A stretch of 63,921 bases of DNA, filler included. It is 5 parts of 5 records of this genome, joined end to end, with 100 filler letters (N's around TTAATTAATTAA, not from the genome) between each part and the next. Parts side by side here need not be neighbours in the genome. Positions count along the whole stretch, not along the records: positions 18,205 to 34,834 come from DRR723986_4849; 4 more parts are not named here. One strand, given 5' to 3'. The position numbers and the translations under genes were made by a program. The notes under the pieces were generated by a model. The model was not told where the DNA came from. It did not search any database and saw only the letters and a list, made by a program, of their open reading frames with translations. Shown here piece after piece: positions 19,102-27,848 of the stretch. Positions within the stretch are counted from its first letter, which is position 1, and each line of letters opens with the position of its first letter.

Positions 19102-20615
19102 TCGGCGGCCTCCTTCTGGCGGGCAAAATCTTCAGGGAAGTGGGTTAGGGCGCTCATGACCGGATAGGGCGTGAACCCACCAAGGGCACATAGCGAGCCG
19201 TCTTTCATCGTGTCGCAGAGATCCGTCAGCAGGTGGACAGCCCCTGCATCGCCAGCATCGATCCTGTCGATTGTCTCGACACCGCGCACGGCGCCGATCC
19301 GGCACGGTGTGCATTTGCCACAGCTTTCCACAGCGCAGAATTCCATGGCGAAGCGGGCCATCTTCAGCATGTCTGCCCTGTCATCGAAGACGACAATACC
19401 GGCATGTCCTATGAGGCCACCCTGGCCGTCGAATTCTTCATAGCCGAATGGCGTGTTGAACTTGGAGACGGGCATATACGCCCCGAGGGGGCCACCAACC
19501 TGGACAGCCTTGACCGGCCGGCCACTGGCGGTGCCACCGGCAATATCGTTGATCAGCTCACCCAGAGGCATGCCGAAAGCGGTCTCGAAAAGACCGCCGT
19601 AGCGGACATTGCCTGCGATCTGGATCGGCATGGTGCCCTTGGAGCGGCCGAGGCCGAACCCGGCATAGAACTCCGCGCCTTTTTCCATAATGACCGGAAC
19701 AGTTGCCAGCGAGAGCACGTTGTTGACGACGGTCGGCTTGCCGAAGAGGCCTTCAAGCGCCGGCAGCGGCGGCTTGGCCCGCACGATGCCGCGCTTGCCT
19801 TCCAGGCTGTTGAGGAGGGACGTTTCCTCACCGCACACGTATGCGCCTGCGCCAGTGCGAATTTCCAGGTCGAAAGCCTTGCCGGAACCGAGAACGTTTG
19901 TGCCGAGCAGGCCGGCCTTGAGACCGATCCTGACAGCAGCTTCCATGACTGCGATGGCGTCCGGATACTCTGAGCGAATATAGACGAAGCCCTTGGTGGC
20001 GCCTGTGGCGAGGCCGGCGATGATCATGCCTTCGATTATCGTGAAGGGATCGCCTTCCATGAGCATGCGGTCGGCGAAGGTGCCGCTGTCACCTTCGTCC
20101 GCGTTGCAGACAATGTATTTGCGCGCCGAAACTGCCTTGCGGACCGTGTCCCACTTGATCCCCGTGGGAAACCCTGCGCCACCACGGCCGCGCAGGCCGG
20201 AGTTGGTGACTTCCGCAACGATCTCTTCTTCGCCGAGAGCAAGAGCGCGTTTCAGGCCGACAAGTCCGCCATGGGCTTCGTATTCGGCGAGGCTGAGCGG
20301 ATCGATCAGGCCGCAACGGGCAAAAGTCAGCCGGGTCTGGCGGGCGAAAAAGGGGATGTCTTCCACCGTGCCGAGACTTTCCAGCGTGCCATCCAGAAGA
20401 GAAGGAACGTCTTCGGCTGTGACGGCGCCAAAAGCCTTGCGGGTGCCGTCGGCTTCGATTTCGACAAGCGGTTCAAGCCAGACCATGCCACGGCTGCCAT
20501 TACGCACCACGGTGACATCGAGACCGCGGTTGCCGGCTTCGATCTGAATTGCTGCGGCAACTTCATCGGCACCCAGTGCCTTGGCAGCGCTGTCGAGGGG
20601 AACGAAGATCTTCAT
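19098..20615 (-). CDS. fdsB: Formate dehydrogenase beta subunit (NuoF-like)
   Basis: SGLRGRGGAGFPTG, NADEGDSGTF, GAGAYVCGEETS, ESCGKCTPCR; ATGA coupling on both sides. Confidence 0.93.
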   Translation of the reverse strand: MKIFVPLDSAAKALGADEVAAAIQIEAGNRGLDVTVVRNGSRGMVWLEPLVEIEADGTRKAFGAVTAEDVPSLLDGTLESLGTVEDIPFFARQTRLTFARCGLIDPLSLAEYEAHGGLVGLKRALALGEEEIVAEVTNSGLRGRGGAGFPTGIKWDTVRKAVSARKYIVCNADEGDSGTFADRMLMEGDPFTIIEGMIIAGLATGATKGFVYIRSEYPDAIAVMEAAVRIGLKAGLLGTNVLGSGKAFDLEIRTGAGAYVCGEETSLLNSLEGKRGIVRAKPPLPALEGLFGKPTVVNNVLSLATVPVIMEKGAEFYAGFGLGRSKGTMPIQIAGNVRYGGLFETAFGMPLGELINDIAGGTASGRPVKAVQVGGPLGAYMPVSKFNTPFGYEEFDGQGGLIGHAGIVVFDDRADMLKMARFAMEFCAVESCGKCTPCRIGAVRGVETIDRIDAGDAGAVHLLTDLCDTMKDGSLCALGGFTPYPVMSALTHFPEDFARQKEAAE

Positions 20616-21088
20616 GCACCGGCCTCCTGGAGGATACGTGTCATGCGATCTTCGGTGACACGGCCGATGACCTTGCCGTCGACAATCGCGGCAGGGGCGC
20701 AGGCACACAGGCCGAGGCAGTAGACAGGTTCGAGAGTGACGGCACCGTTGCGGGTTGTGCCGTGCCAGTCCAGGCCGAGCTTCGCCAGAACCGCCTCGCC
20801 AAGTGCTTCGCCGCCGACGGCCTGGCAGGCCTCTGCCCGGCAGATCTTGACGACGTGGCGCCCGGCGGGGGCCTTGCGGAAATCATGGTAGAAGGAGATG
20901 ACGCCGTGAACTTCCGCCTTGGACAGATTGAGCGCCTCTGCAATCAGCTCGACCGCTGCCTGGGGCACATAGCCGAATTCCGCCTGCAAGCCGTGCAGCA
21001 TGGGCAGAAGTGGACCTTCCAAGGTAATAAAATCTTCCATCACGGCCGAGATCTCTTCGGCCGTGGGCTCTCCCGTCGCATACGGCAT
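20612..21088 (-). CDS. fdsG: Formate dehydrogenase gamma subunit (NuoE-like)
   Basis: AEVHGVISFYHDF, CRAEACQAVG, VYCLGLCACAP; GGGAGG RBS. Confidence 0.93.
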   Translation of the reverse strand: MPYATGEPTAEEISAVMEDFITLEGPLLPMLHGLQAEFGYVPQAAVELIAEALNLSKAEVHGVISFYHDFRKAPAGRHVVKICRAEACQAVGGEALGEAVLAKLGLDWHGTTRNGAVTLEPVYCLGLCACAPAAIVDGKVIGRVTEDRMTRILQEAGA

Positions 21089-21215
21089 GCGCGTCCTCCC
21101 GTATATTTCGAGGCGCATCACACCATTAAGTTTGATTTGATATCAATAATGATTTTCCGTTGATCGATTGGAAATCATGATCGAACATCATTTGACCGTT
21201 TCGGCTAACTTCCGG

Positions 21216-22100
21216 TCAGACCTCGGAAATACGCCTTGCTTCGGACAGAAGAGCGCGCAAAACCGGGGTGTGCGGTTCGCGATAGGGGGCCACGAGGCCG
21301 ACAGTATGACCGGTGTGGACGCCGACAAGAGGGATCGTCTTCAAGGGTTTTCCGGCTGTCAGAAATTCTGCGAGATCCGCTGGCAGGACGGTTATCCAGC
21401 CGCCGTCCAGCACATTTGCCACCAGCACGACCGTGGAATTGGACTCGATCCGGGCTTCCGGCATGATTCCGGCTTCGCCGAAATGACGGTTGATGATCCG
21501 CCGGTTCTGCATGTCGGGCGTCAGAAGGCAGATCCGTTCCTCGGCCAGCTCCTTCCATTTGACCGACTTTCTGCCAGCGAAGGACGATGCTTCATTGCAA
21601 ACCAGCATATAGCTTTCATTGTAGAGCGGCTCGGTGCTGACCCTGCCGGTCGGTTCGTTGTCGAGGTAGGAAATGCCGGCATCGATATCGAGGTTCTCCA
21701 GCATCGACAGGATCTCCATCGAATTTCGCGACAAGATGGTGAAACGCACGTTCGGGTGCTTGTTGCCGAACCATGTCGTCAATTTGGCTGCCCAGGTGAG
21801 GGCGGTCGGGATGACGGCTATGCGCAATTGTCCCGTCAGGCCGTCGCGGGAGAACCGCATCTCCTCGCGCAACTGGCGGGCATCCCCCACGATCTGACGA
21901 GCCCAGACCAGGGCACGCTGGCCTTCCGGTGTCAGACCGCCGAACCGGGAGCCTCTGAAAAACAGCTGAACACCAAGCTGATCCTCAAGCTGCTTGATGC
22001 CTGTCGAGAGCGTCGGCTGGGCGATGCCGAGGCTTTCGGCCGCACGGCCGAAATGTTCTTCCCGGGCCACGGCGAGAAACATCTCCAGCTTTTCGATCAT
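21216..22100 (-). CDS. LysR-family regulator, probably FdsR-like
   Basis: HFGRAAESLGIAQPTLSTGIKQLE HTH; lies directly upstream of fdsGBA. Confidence 0.9.
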   Translation of the reverse strand: MIEKLEMFLAVAREEHFGRAAESLGIAQPTLSTGIKQLEDQLGVQLFFRGSRFGGLTPEGQRALVWARQIVGDARQLREEMRFSRDGLTGQLRIAVIPTALTWAAKLTTWFGNKHPNVRFTILSRNSMEILSMLENLDIDAGISYLDNEPTGRVSTEPLYNESYMLVCNEASSFAGRKSVKWKELAEERICLLTPDMQNRRIINRHFGEAGIMPEARIESNSTVVLVANVLDGGWITVLPADLAEFLTAGKPLKTIPLVGVHTGHTVGLVAPYREPHTPVLRALLSEARRISEV

Positions 22101-22272
22101 CACAAAGGCTCCGAACCGGTCAGTAATGGGTAGGTCCATGCTTCATGACATTTGATCAGGAGAATTGAAAGTGGTGTTTTCAATAAGAATTTTCGATCGA
22201 TATATACTTGCAGCTGCTTACGCCAGGTTGAACAATCTCGCTTGAGCTGCCGCCACCTGCTAAAGGTTGGCC

Positions 22273-22935
22273 ATGAGTGGCACCGTCAGATTTGAAAAAT
22301 GGCATCACCGGATCGACACAGCGGAAAATGCGCTGATCTTTCCGGATGGCTGCCGGGATGTGCTGGTGGTGCGTGAGCAGGGCAAGCGGGAAAAGGTTCT
22401 GCTGACGGACCTCGATTTCCAGCCGCGCATCGCTGAACTCGCGGCCGGGACGCATATCACGGGGTTCCGGTTGCGCCCGGGTGGCGTCGTTGAGGACGAC
22501 GTTCTTCAGGCCATTGAACGCGACTGCGAACGAGTGGAAGACATCCTCGGCAACGCACTTGACGAGACCAATGACCTGGATGACGTGATCGTTGCCCTGA
22601 CGTTGCCACAGTCGACCGTCGAGCGGGCATCGAAACAGGCAGGCGTGTCGGTGAGAACGTTGCAGAGGCGGTTTCGGGAGCAGGGCCTGCCACCACCGGA
22701 ATATTGGCGCTTGCTCGCGCGAGCGCGCAGGGCTGCAGGACTGCTGACGGCGGAAGTGCCGCTGGTGGAGATCGCCGCTGTGTGCGGCTTCAGCGATCAG
22801 GCCCATATGACGCGCGACCTGCAGCGCTGGTTCGGACGGTCACCGGCGCAATTGCGCCGGGACCCTGATAGCCTGTCGCTGTTGTCTCAACCAGCACTGG
22901 GCAACTGGATCGGCGAGCAGATCTCCACGAGGTAG
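22273..22935 (+). CDS. AraC-family transcriptional regulator
   Basis: IFPDGCRDV; VSVRTLQRRF; CGFSDQAHMTRDLQRWFGRSP. Confidence 0.88.
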   Translation: MSGTVRFEKWHHRIDTAENALIFPDGCRDVLVVREQGKREKVLLTDLDFQPRIAELAAGTHITGFRLRPGGVVEDDVLQAIERDCERVEDILGNALDETNDLDDVIVALTLPQSTVERASKQAGVSVRTLQRRFREQGLPPPEYWRLLARARRAAGLLTAEVPLVEIAAVCGFSDQAHMTRDLQRWFGRSPAQLRRDPDSLSLLSQPALGNWIGEQISTR

Positions 22936-23282
22936 CCGAAAGGATCGCTCACATAGGATGTGATCTGCCCCCAGGGTTCCTCGCGAGCATCCTGCAACTT
23001 GTTTGCACCGGCGGCGACTGCACGGGCAAGGGAGGCTGCAACGTCATCCGTCTCGAACGCCAGTTCGAACACAGGTGACTTCGGTTCGGGGGTGCCGGGT
23101 GTCTTTCCGAGCTGGTTCATCAGCGTTTTGGATGAGAACGCGAGCTTTGTCTCGCCCGTTGCGAGTTCGCCGTAGTCTCCGGATTCATGAAGGAACAGAC
23201 GTTCCAGTCCGAAGGCCTTCTCGTAGAAGTCGAGAGCGGCGGCGACATTCTCAACGTAGAGGATGGTGTATCTCAGAATCAC
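22887..23282 (-). CDS. VOC/glyoxalase family protein
   Basis: YTILYVENVAAALDFYEKAFG...EEPWGQITSYVSDPFGYLVEI; GTG start with GGGAGA RBS. Confidence 0.88.
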   Translation of the reverse strand: MILRYTILYVENVAAALDFYEKAFGLERLFLHESGDYGELATGETKLAFSSKTLMNQLGKTPGTPEPKSPVFELAFETDDVAASLARAVAAGANKLQDAREEPWGQITSYVSDPFGYLVEICSPIQLPSAG

Positions 23283-23369
23283 TTGGGTCTCCCGGTCGGT
23301 TGGTTTGGCGCCAGCCATAGAAGGTTGGTGCAAGGCCGTCTTGAAGGATCACGACATCAGGGCCGATTG

Positions 23370-23978
23370 TCAGTCTGCCAGGATGCCGGCCAATAGCTTG
23401 CGGGTCGCCGCTTCATACGCTCTTCTGTCGCCGCCATTTGCGATTGCCAGCGCCGCGCGGTCGAACGCGGAAGAGAGCAGGTCCGCCAAAGGCTCCAGGG
23501 GAATATCTTTCAGTGCACCGTGATTGGCTGCATGCCGCAGGCCTTCCAGAAGCGTGGCACCGCCGGTCTGGCGATCGATCTCCGCCATTTCCGACAGGCC
23601 GAGCACTGTCGGTCCTTCCAGCAGCATGATCCTTGCCCGGCCCGCAACGGACATGGCCGAGAAATAGGCGCTGGCGCCGGACATGAAGGCGTCGAGCGGT
23701 GTCTGGCCCGTGTTCGTCTGGCTGTTGATCTCCGCCGCGATCGCTTCCGATTCCTGGTGAACCAGCGCCCGCATCAGGTCTGCCTTGTCGGCGAAGTGAT
23801 GATAGAGCGCGCCGCGGGTGACGTCTGCCGCCTTGACGATCTCAGGTGTTCCGGTTTCCGCATAGCCCTTTTCAACGATCAGCGCCCTTGCCGCATCCAG
23901 CAGGGCCTTGCGCGTTTCCGCGCGCCTTTCCGCCTGTGTACGGCGTTCGCCTGACTTCTCGGGGTTTTTGTCTTGCAT
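23370..23978 (-). CDS. TetR-family transcriptional regulator
   Basis: TRKALLDAA...KGYAET...IVKAADVTRGALYHHFADK. Confidence 0.92.
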   Translation of the reverse strand: MQDKNPEKSGERRTQAERRAETRKALLDAARALIVEKGYAETGTPEIVKAADVTRGALYHHFADKADLMRALVHQESEAIAAEINSQTNTGQTPLDAFMSGASAYFSAMSVAGRARIMLLEGPTVLGLSEMAEIDRQTGGATLLEGLRHAANHGALKDIPLEPLADLLSSAFDRAALAIANGGDRRAYEAATRKLLAGILAD

Positions 23979-24024
23979 ACATGCAGCCTGTATGTTAGTT
24001 GAAAAATACATACAGACTGTATGT
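23979..24024. promoter_or_regulatory. Paired palindromic TetR operators
   Basis: ACATGCAG-C-CTGTATGT (23979-23995) and the perfect ACATACAG-A-CTGTATGT (24008-24024) between divergent tetR and VOC genes. Confidence 0.85.
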
Positions 24025-24118
24025 CTTTTTGTTGTGATTGGAAAGCCTCGGAAACAGCCGGAAGCCGGATGGCACTGGCAATCCACATCGGAAACTGGCG
24101 AGGAACAGGAGAAAAACG

Positions 24119-24547
24119 ATGAAATGCACCCAGTATTATCCGGTCCTCATGACCAACAAAGTCGCGGAGACTGCCCGGTTCTATTCGAAAAATTTCCGCT
24201 TCAAGCCGATGTTTGAAGCAGACTGGTACGTGCACCTGCAGTCGGAGGAGGACGAAAGCGTCAATCTCGCGATCCTCGACCAGAACCACGAAACCATTCC
24301 GGAAGCCGGTCGTGGCCGGGGCGCAGGAGGACTTCTGCTGAATTTCGAGGTTGAGGATGTTGATGCGGTTTATGAGGCCGCCCAGGCGAACAGGTTACCC
24401 ATTCTGCAGGTGCTGCGGGACGAGGCCTTTGGCCAGCGCCATTTCATCACGTGTGATCCGAACGGAGTGCTGATCGACGTGATCAAGCCAATCCCGCCCA
24501 GCGAAGAGTTCCTGAAGCAGTTTGCCGCTGAAGCTGTGCCTGCCTGA
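24119..24547 (+). CDS. VOC/glyoxalase family protein
   Basis: [15 protein letters not shown]...[12 protein letters not shown]...[33 protein letters not shown]. Confidence 0.9.
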   Translation: MKCTQYYPVLMTNKVAETARFYSKNFRFKPMFEADWYVHLQSEEDESVNLAILDQNHETIPEAGRGRGAGGLLLNFEVEDVDAVYEAAQANRLPILQVLRDEAFGQRHFITCDPNGVLIDVIKPIPPSEEFLKQFAAEAVPA

Positions 24548-24629
24548 CGGGGTGCAGTCATGCTGGTGAATGCGTCCGGAGTGAGGGAAGTCTCCCACTG
24601 CTGTGATCCGCTTCGGAGTAGGCCGGCAT

Positions 24630-24663
24630 GAAAGAGGCGTGGCCGGAAACCCGGCCACGCCTC
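24630..24663 (-). terminator. Intrinsic terminator between convergent genes
   Basis: Perfect 13-bp stem GAGGCGTGGCCGG-AAAC-CCGGCCACGCCTC, then TTTC on the minus strand. Confidence 0.7.
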
Positions 24664-24691
24664 GTCATTTTCAAGACTGACTGTTGATGCG

Positions 24692-25186
24692 TCAGGAGGA
24701 AACCGGCGGACAGGAGCTACCCTGTTCAGCGCGCGATTTCAGACCTTGGAGGCTCTGCATCGTGTTCGGGTTGCCCGGCAGAACGAAGCTCTGCTCAAGC
24801 GCCGTGCGCACGTTGTTGATCACGGCAAGATCCTGAACAGCCAGCGTCTGGCAAGGCGTTCCGGTAAAGCGAACCCGGATGCGGATCACGCGCTGGCCGT
24901 TGTCGGATGGGCCGAATTCGGAATCGAGCGCCGGGTTCGCGCCGGTCATCGGCCGTTCCAGAACCACCATGTTCGGCTGGTCCTGCAGTACGACGGTGCC
25001 GCGTTCCTGGGCACTGGAGACCAGTGCGGACCGCACGCTTGCCGGATCGGCTGCGATATTTACCGATTGCGCGCCGGCCGGCACGTCCAGCCTTGGCTGG
25101 TCCGGCTGTGTGGGGCGCTGAGAGGACCCGGACTGGCAGGCGGCAAGAGCAAGAGCGCAAAAAGCGGATAAAACGATACGTCGCAT
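24692..25186 (-). CDS. Hypothetical lipoprotein
   Basis: MRRIVLSAFCALALAAC lipobox; two further Cys. Confidence 0.7.
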   Translation of the reverse strand: MRRIVLSAFCALALAACQSGSSQRPTQPDQPRLDVPAGAQSVNIAADPASVRSALVSSAQERGTVVLQDQPNMVVLERPMTGANPALDSEFGPSDNGQRVIRIRVRFTGTPCQTLAVQDLAVINNVRTALEQSFVLPGNPNTMQSLQGLKSRAEQGSSCPPVSS

Positions 25187-25355
25187 GGGCAGTCCCAAGG
25201 TTAAAATGGTCAACTTAAGAGCCGGTCTAGAACACGTCTTCACAAAGCACAAGAAAACTGCATGTGACCGCCACCATCTTCTGCCAGTAAACTGACATAA
25301 CACTCCTAACGAAGCCTTGTGGCTTCACGGGGGCAGGGATTTCAATCGGTGAAGG

Positions 25356-26822
25356 TCAGAATGTATCGCCTGTCTTGAAACCGCCACCACCAAAACTTCC
25401 ACCGCCTTTGAAACCACCACCGCCGAAGCCGCCACTGCTACCGGACCGTTTGCCGGAACTTCCGCCAAAGCCGCCACCGAAGCCTCCCATGGACTTGGGA
25501 AGACCCGAACCGTTGGGGAACGCGACCTGGCGTCCCTTCGGTTTGCGGCGCTTGTGCGAACGCTCCGCGCGGGCCCAGTATTCGGCACCGGTAATCGCAC
25601 CCTTGACCAACTCGCCCAACAGGACGGTTGTCAGCTTCTCGTCGGAGAAGGTGGACTCCCAGCTGCCATAGCCGCTGGAACGGAAACGCTTGATGACGTC
25701 TGCAAGTTCCGCACGGCGTCGGCCAATATCGCGTTGCAGTTCCCTGTCCTGACGGATCTCGCGTGTAACCTGGTCGATGCGCTCCTTCAGATCCTCGATC
25801 CGCTGAACGATTTTCTCGTCTTCGGGCGAGGGGGTATCGAGCGCGGCGCGCCACAAATCCTTGAGGTCATCCGCCTGCAGAGAAACGGACAGGTGTTCCT
25901 CCGCCTTCTGGAAGTCGGTGTCTTCCCCGCTGGAAAATTCGGCGAGGGCCGAAGACAGCGTTTCGATCCGCCTGTCCAGATTGTCGAGTTCTCCGTCGAT
26001 ACGGTCGATGTCCGCGCTCAGGGTTTCGATGGTGCCGACAAGATCCGTTCCGGCAGCGTCGGTCATCGCATTGCGGCTGAACTCCGCGAGCTTGTCCTGT
26101 TCTTCCAGTGCGATTTCGGCACAGCGCTCCGCATGGCGCGCCATACGGTCCGGAATGCTGGTCAGCATGGCAAAATTGGCGCGGGCGTCGTTGAAGCCGA
26201 CAAGGCCGGCCACCCATCTGTCGAGCGAGCGCACAAGACCGCGGTGCGGGTACGCCGGTGTTCCGAAACCGCGTTGCCACAGATACATGAACAGCGGATC
26301 GGCCTCATAGGCCTTGCCTTTTTCCTTTCGGTCCTTTTCGGACGTAGCCGCCTTGGAGGCGGCTGCCTCCGCAGTCGCCAGAGCGGCTTCTGTCTTCTCG
26401 CGCTGTGCCTGATAACCGGCATCGCCTTCCAGACGGCCGTCGACAGCCTCCATCAACTCGTCCATCTGGTTTTCGGCGGCATCACGGGCGCTATCGAGCT
26501 CGACGCGCTTCTTCTGCAACTGGCTGCGGTCGCTTTCGCACTGGCGCAACTGGTCGGTCAGGACCTTGTAGTCCGCATTGCGCTTGTCGAGAAGCTTGCG
26601 GGCTTCCCGTGCGGCGCTGTCGAGGCGTGTGTTGAGTGCTCCGGCACTGTCGGTATCCAGTCGGAACCGGGCAAGGTCCCGGTAGGCTTCACTCTGGCGT
26701 TCCTGCAGGTCCGTCAAAGCGCGGGTCGAACGCTCGATCCGCTTGCTCAGCTCGGCTTCTTCACGGCGCAAATCGGCAAGCGACTGCTCGATGGTGCCCA
26801 GGGTCTGGCGTCCCGTCAGCAT
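25356..26822 (-). CDS. Long coiled-coil protein with Gly/Phe-rich C-terminal tail
   Basis: Heptad-rich 488 aa; KGKAYEADPLFMYLWQRGFGT motif; tail GGFGGGGFKGGGSFGGGGFKTGDTF. Confidence 0.85.
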   Translation of the reverse strand: MLTGRQTLGTIEQSLADLRREEAELSKRIERSTRALTDLQERQSEAYRDLARFRLDTDSAGALNTRLDSAAREARKLLDKRNADYKVLTDQLRQCESDRSQLQKKRVELDSARDAAENQMDELMEAVDGRLEGDAGYQAQREKTEAALATAEAAASKAATSEKDRKEKGKAYEADPLFMYLWQRGFGTPAYPHRGLVRSLDRWVAGLVGFNDARANFAMLTSIPDRMARHAERCAEIALEEQDKLAEFSRNAMTDAAGTDLVGTIETLSADIDRIDGELDNLDRRIETLSSALAEFSSGEDTDFQKAEEHLSVSLQADDLKDLWRAALDTPSPEDEKIVQRIEDLKERIDQVTREIRQDRELQRDIGRRRAELADVIKRFRSSGYGSWESTFSDEKLTTVLLGELVKGAITGAEYWARAERSHKRRKPKGRQVAFPNGSGLPKSMGGFGGGFGGSSGKRSGSSGGFGGGGFKGGGSFGGGGFKTGDTF

Positions 26823-26859
26823 GCCGGAGCCTCCCGGTGAGGCGGTGCAATCCTAACCG

Positions 26860-27786
26860 CTACCATTTCGTAATTGCTCCGTCCTGAACGCCGCTGCGCC
26901 ATTTGATATCCAGCTCTCCGCGCCGCTTCTGCCCCAGGACGCCTTTCTGCACAATGCCGTCTTCCATCTTGTCGCGGCGAACGGCGTTGTAGATGGTTTC
27001 CGAAACGCGCTGGCCCCATTTGTCGACAAGTTCGACCTTGCTGCTCTCCTCCGACACGATCCTGCGCTCCAGGATCTTGCCGTCCGCGTCCACGGCTTCG
27101 ACAACGATGTAGTAGTTCTCGGTGTCTGGATTGGATTCGGGAATGCGGGAAACGCCGGTCGGCACGCCTTCGCGGGAAATGATCCGAACCTCGAACACTT
27201 CCTGCAGCCGTCCGGCAAGATCGCGCAAGTCGGCCTCCGCCTTGAAGGCTGCCTCGTTGTTGCCGTCCGAAAGGGCAAGGTTGCCGTCGGTGGCCAGACG
27301 TGCGGCGTTGGCTTCGATTTCGGTATTTTCGGTCAGGGAATCGATCCGCCCGACCAATTCGGTGTAGGTCGCGGGCAGGGCCTGAAGCCTTGCCAGCAGG
27401 TCCGCTTCCGCACGTTGTGCCGGCAGCTTGACGATGAAGTACCAGGCCGCAATGCAAACGATGACGACTGCAACGACCGCCGCCAGCCATTTTGACCAGG
27501 TGCTGCGCGAGATGTAGATCATCGCCAGCGTGCGCTGGAAGCCTGCGGAAGGTGGAGAATAGACGAAGCGGTCGCGCTTCAGGTCCTCGACACCCGCCTT
27601 CAGGATATGGTCCGGAACATCGATGCCCTGGGACGCATAGACCTGACGCAGCCGCTCGACCATGGCGGCATCGCGTTCATCGGTCTTCAGCTCGCGGGCC
27701 ACCTGACCTTCTTCATGACGCAGCGTGTCGACCACGTCCATCGCCATCATCAGATCGTCAAGCGGGGCGTCGGATTTGCTTGCCAT
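26860..27786 (-). CDS. DUF6384-like single-pass membrane protein
   Basis: LDDLMMAMDVVDTLRH N-terminus; one TM helix; C-terminal NYYIVVEAVD...WGQRV...DKMEDGIVQ. Confidence 0.75.
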   Translation of the reverse strand: MASKSDAPLDDLMMAMDVVDTLRHEEGQVARELKTDERDAAMVERLRQVYASQGIDVPDHILKAGVEDLKRDRFVYSPPSAGFQRTLAMIYISRSTWSKWLAAVVAVVIVCIAAWYFIVKLPAQRAEADLLARLQALPATYTELVGRIDSLTENTEIEANAARLATDGNLALSDGNNEAAFKAEADLRDLAGRLQEVFEVRIISREGVPTGVSRIPESNPDTENYYIVVEAVDADGKILERRIVSEESSKVELVDKWGQRVSETIYNAVRRDKMEDGIVQKGVLGQKRRGELDIKWRSGVQDGAITKW

Positions 27787-27802
27787 GAATGCATGTCTTC
27801 TT

Positions 27803-27834
27803 GAAAAAGGGCGGGCCGGAGGGTCCGGCCTGCC
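27803..27834 (-). terminator. Intra-operonic terminator/attenuator hairpin
   Basis: Minus strand GGCAGGCCGGA-CCC-TCCGGCCCGCC followed by CTTTTTC. Confidence 0.7.
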
Positions 27835-27848
27835 GGATTATCGTCAGA

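Noticed and set aside
25554-26840. 428-aa plus-strand ORF
   Set aside because: Antisense shadow of the coiled-coil gene in GC-rich DNA; no motifs
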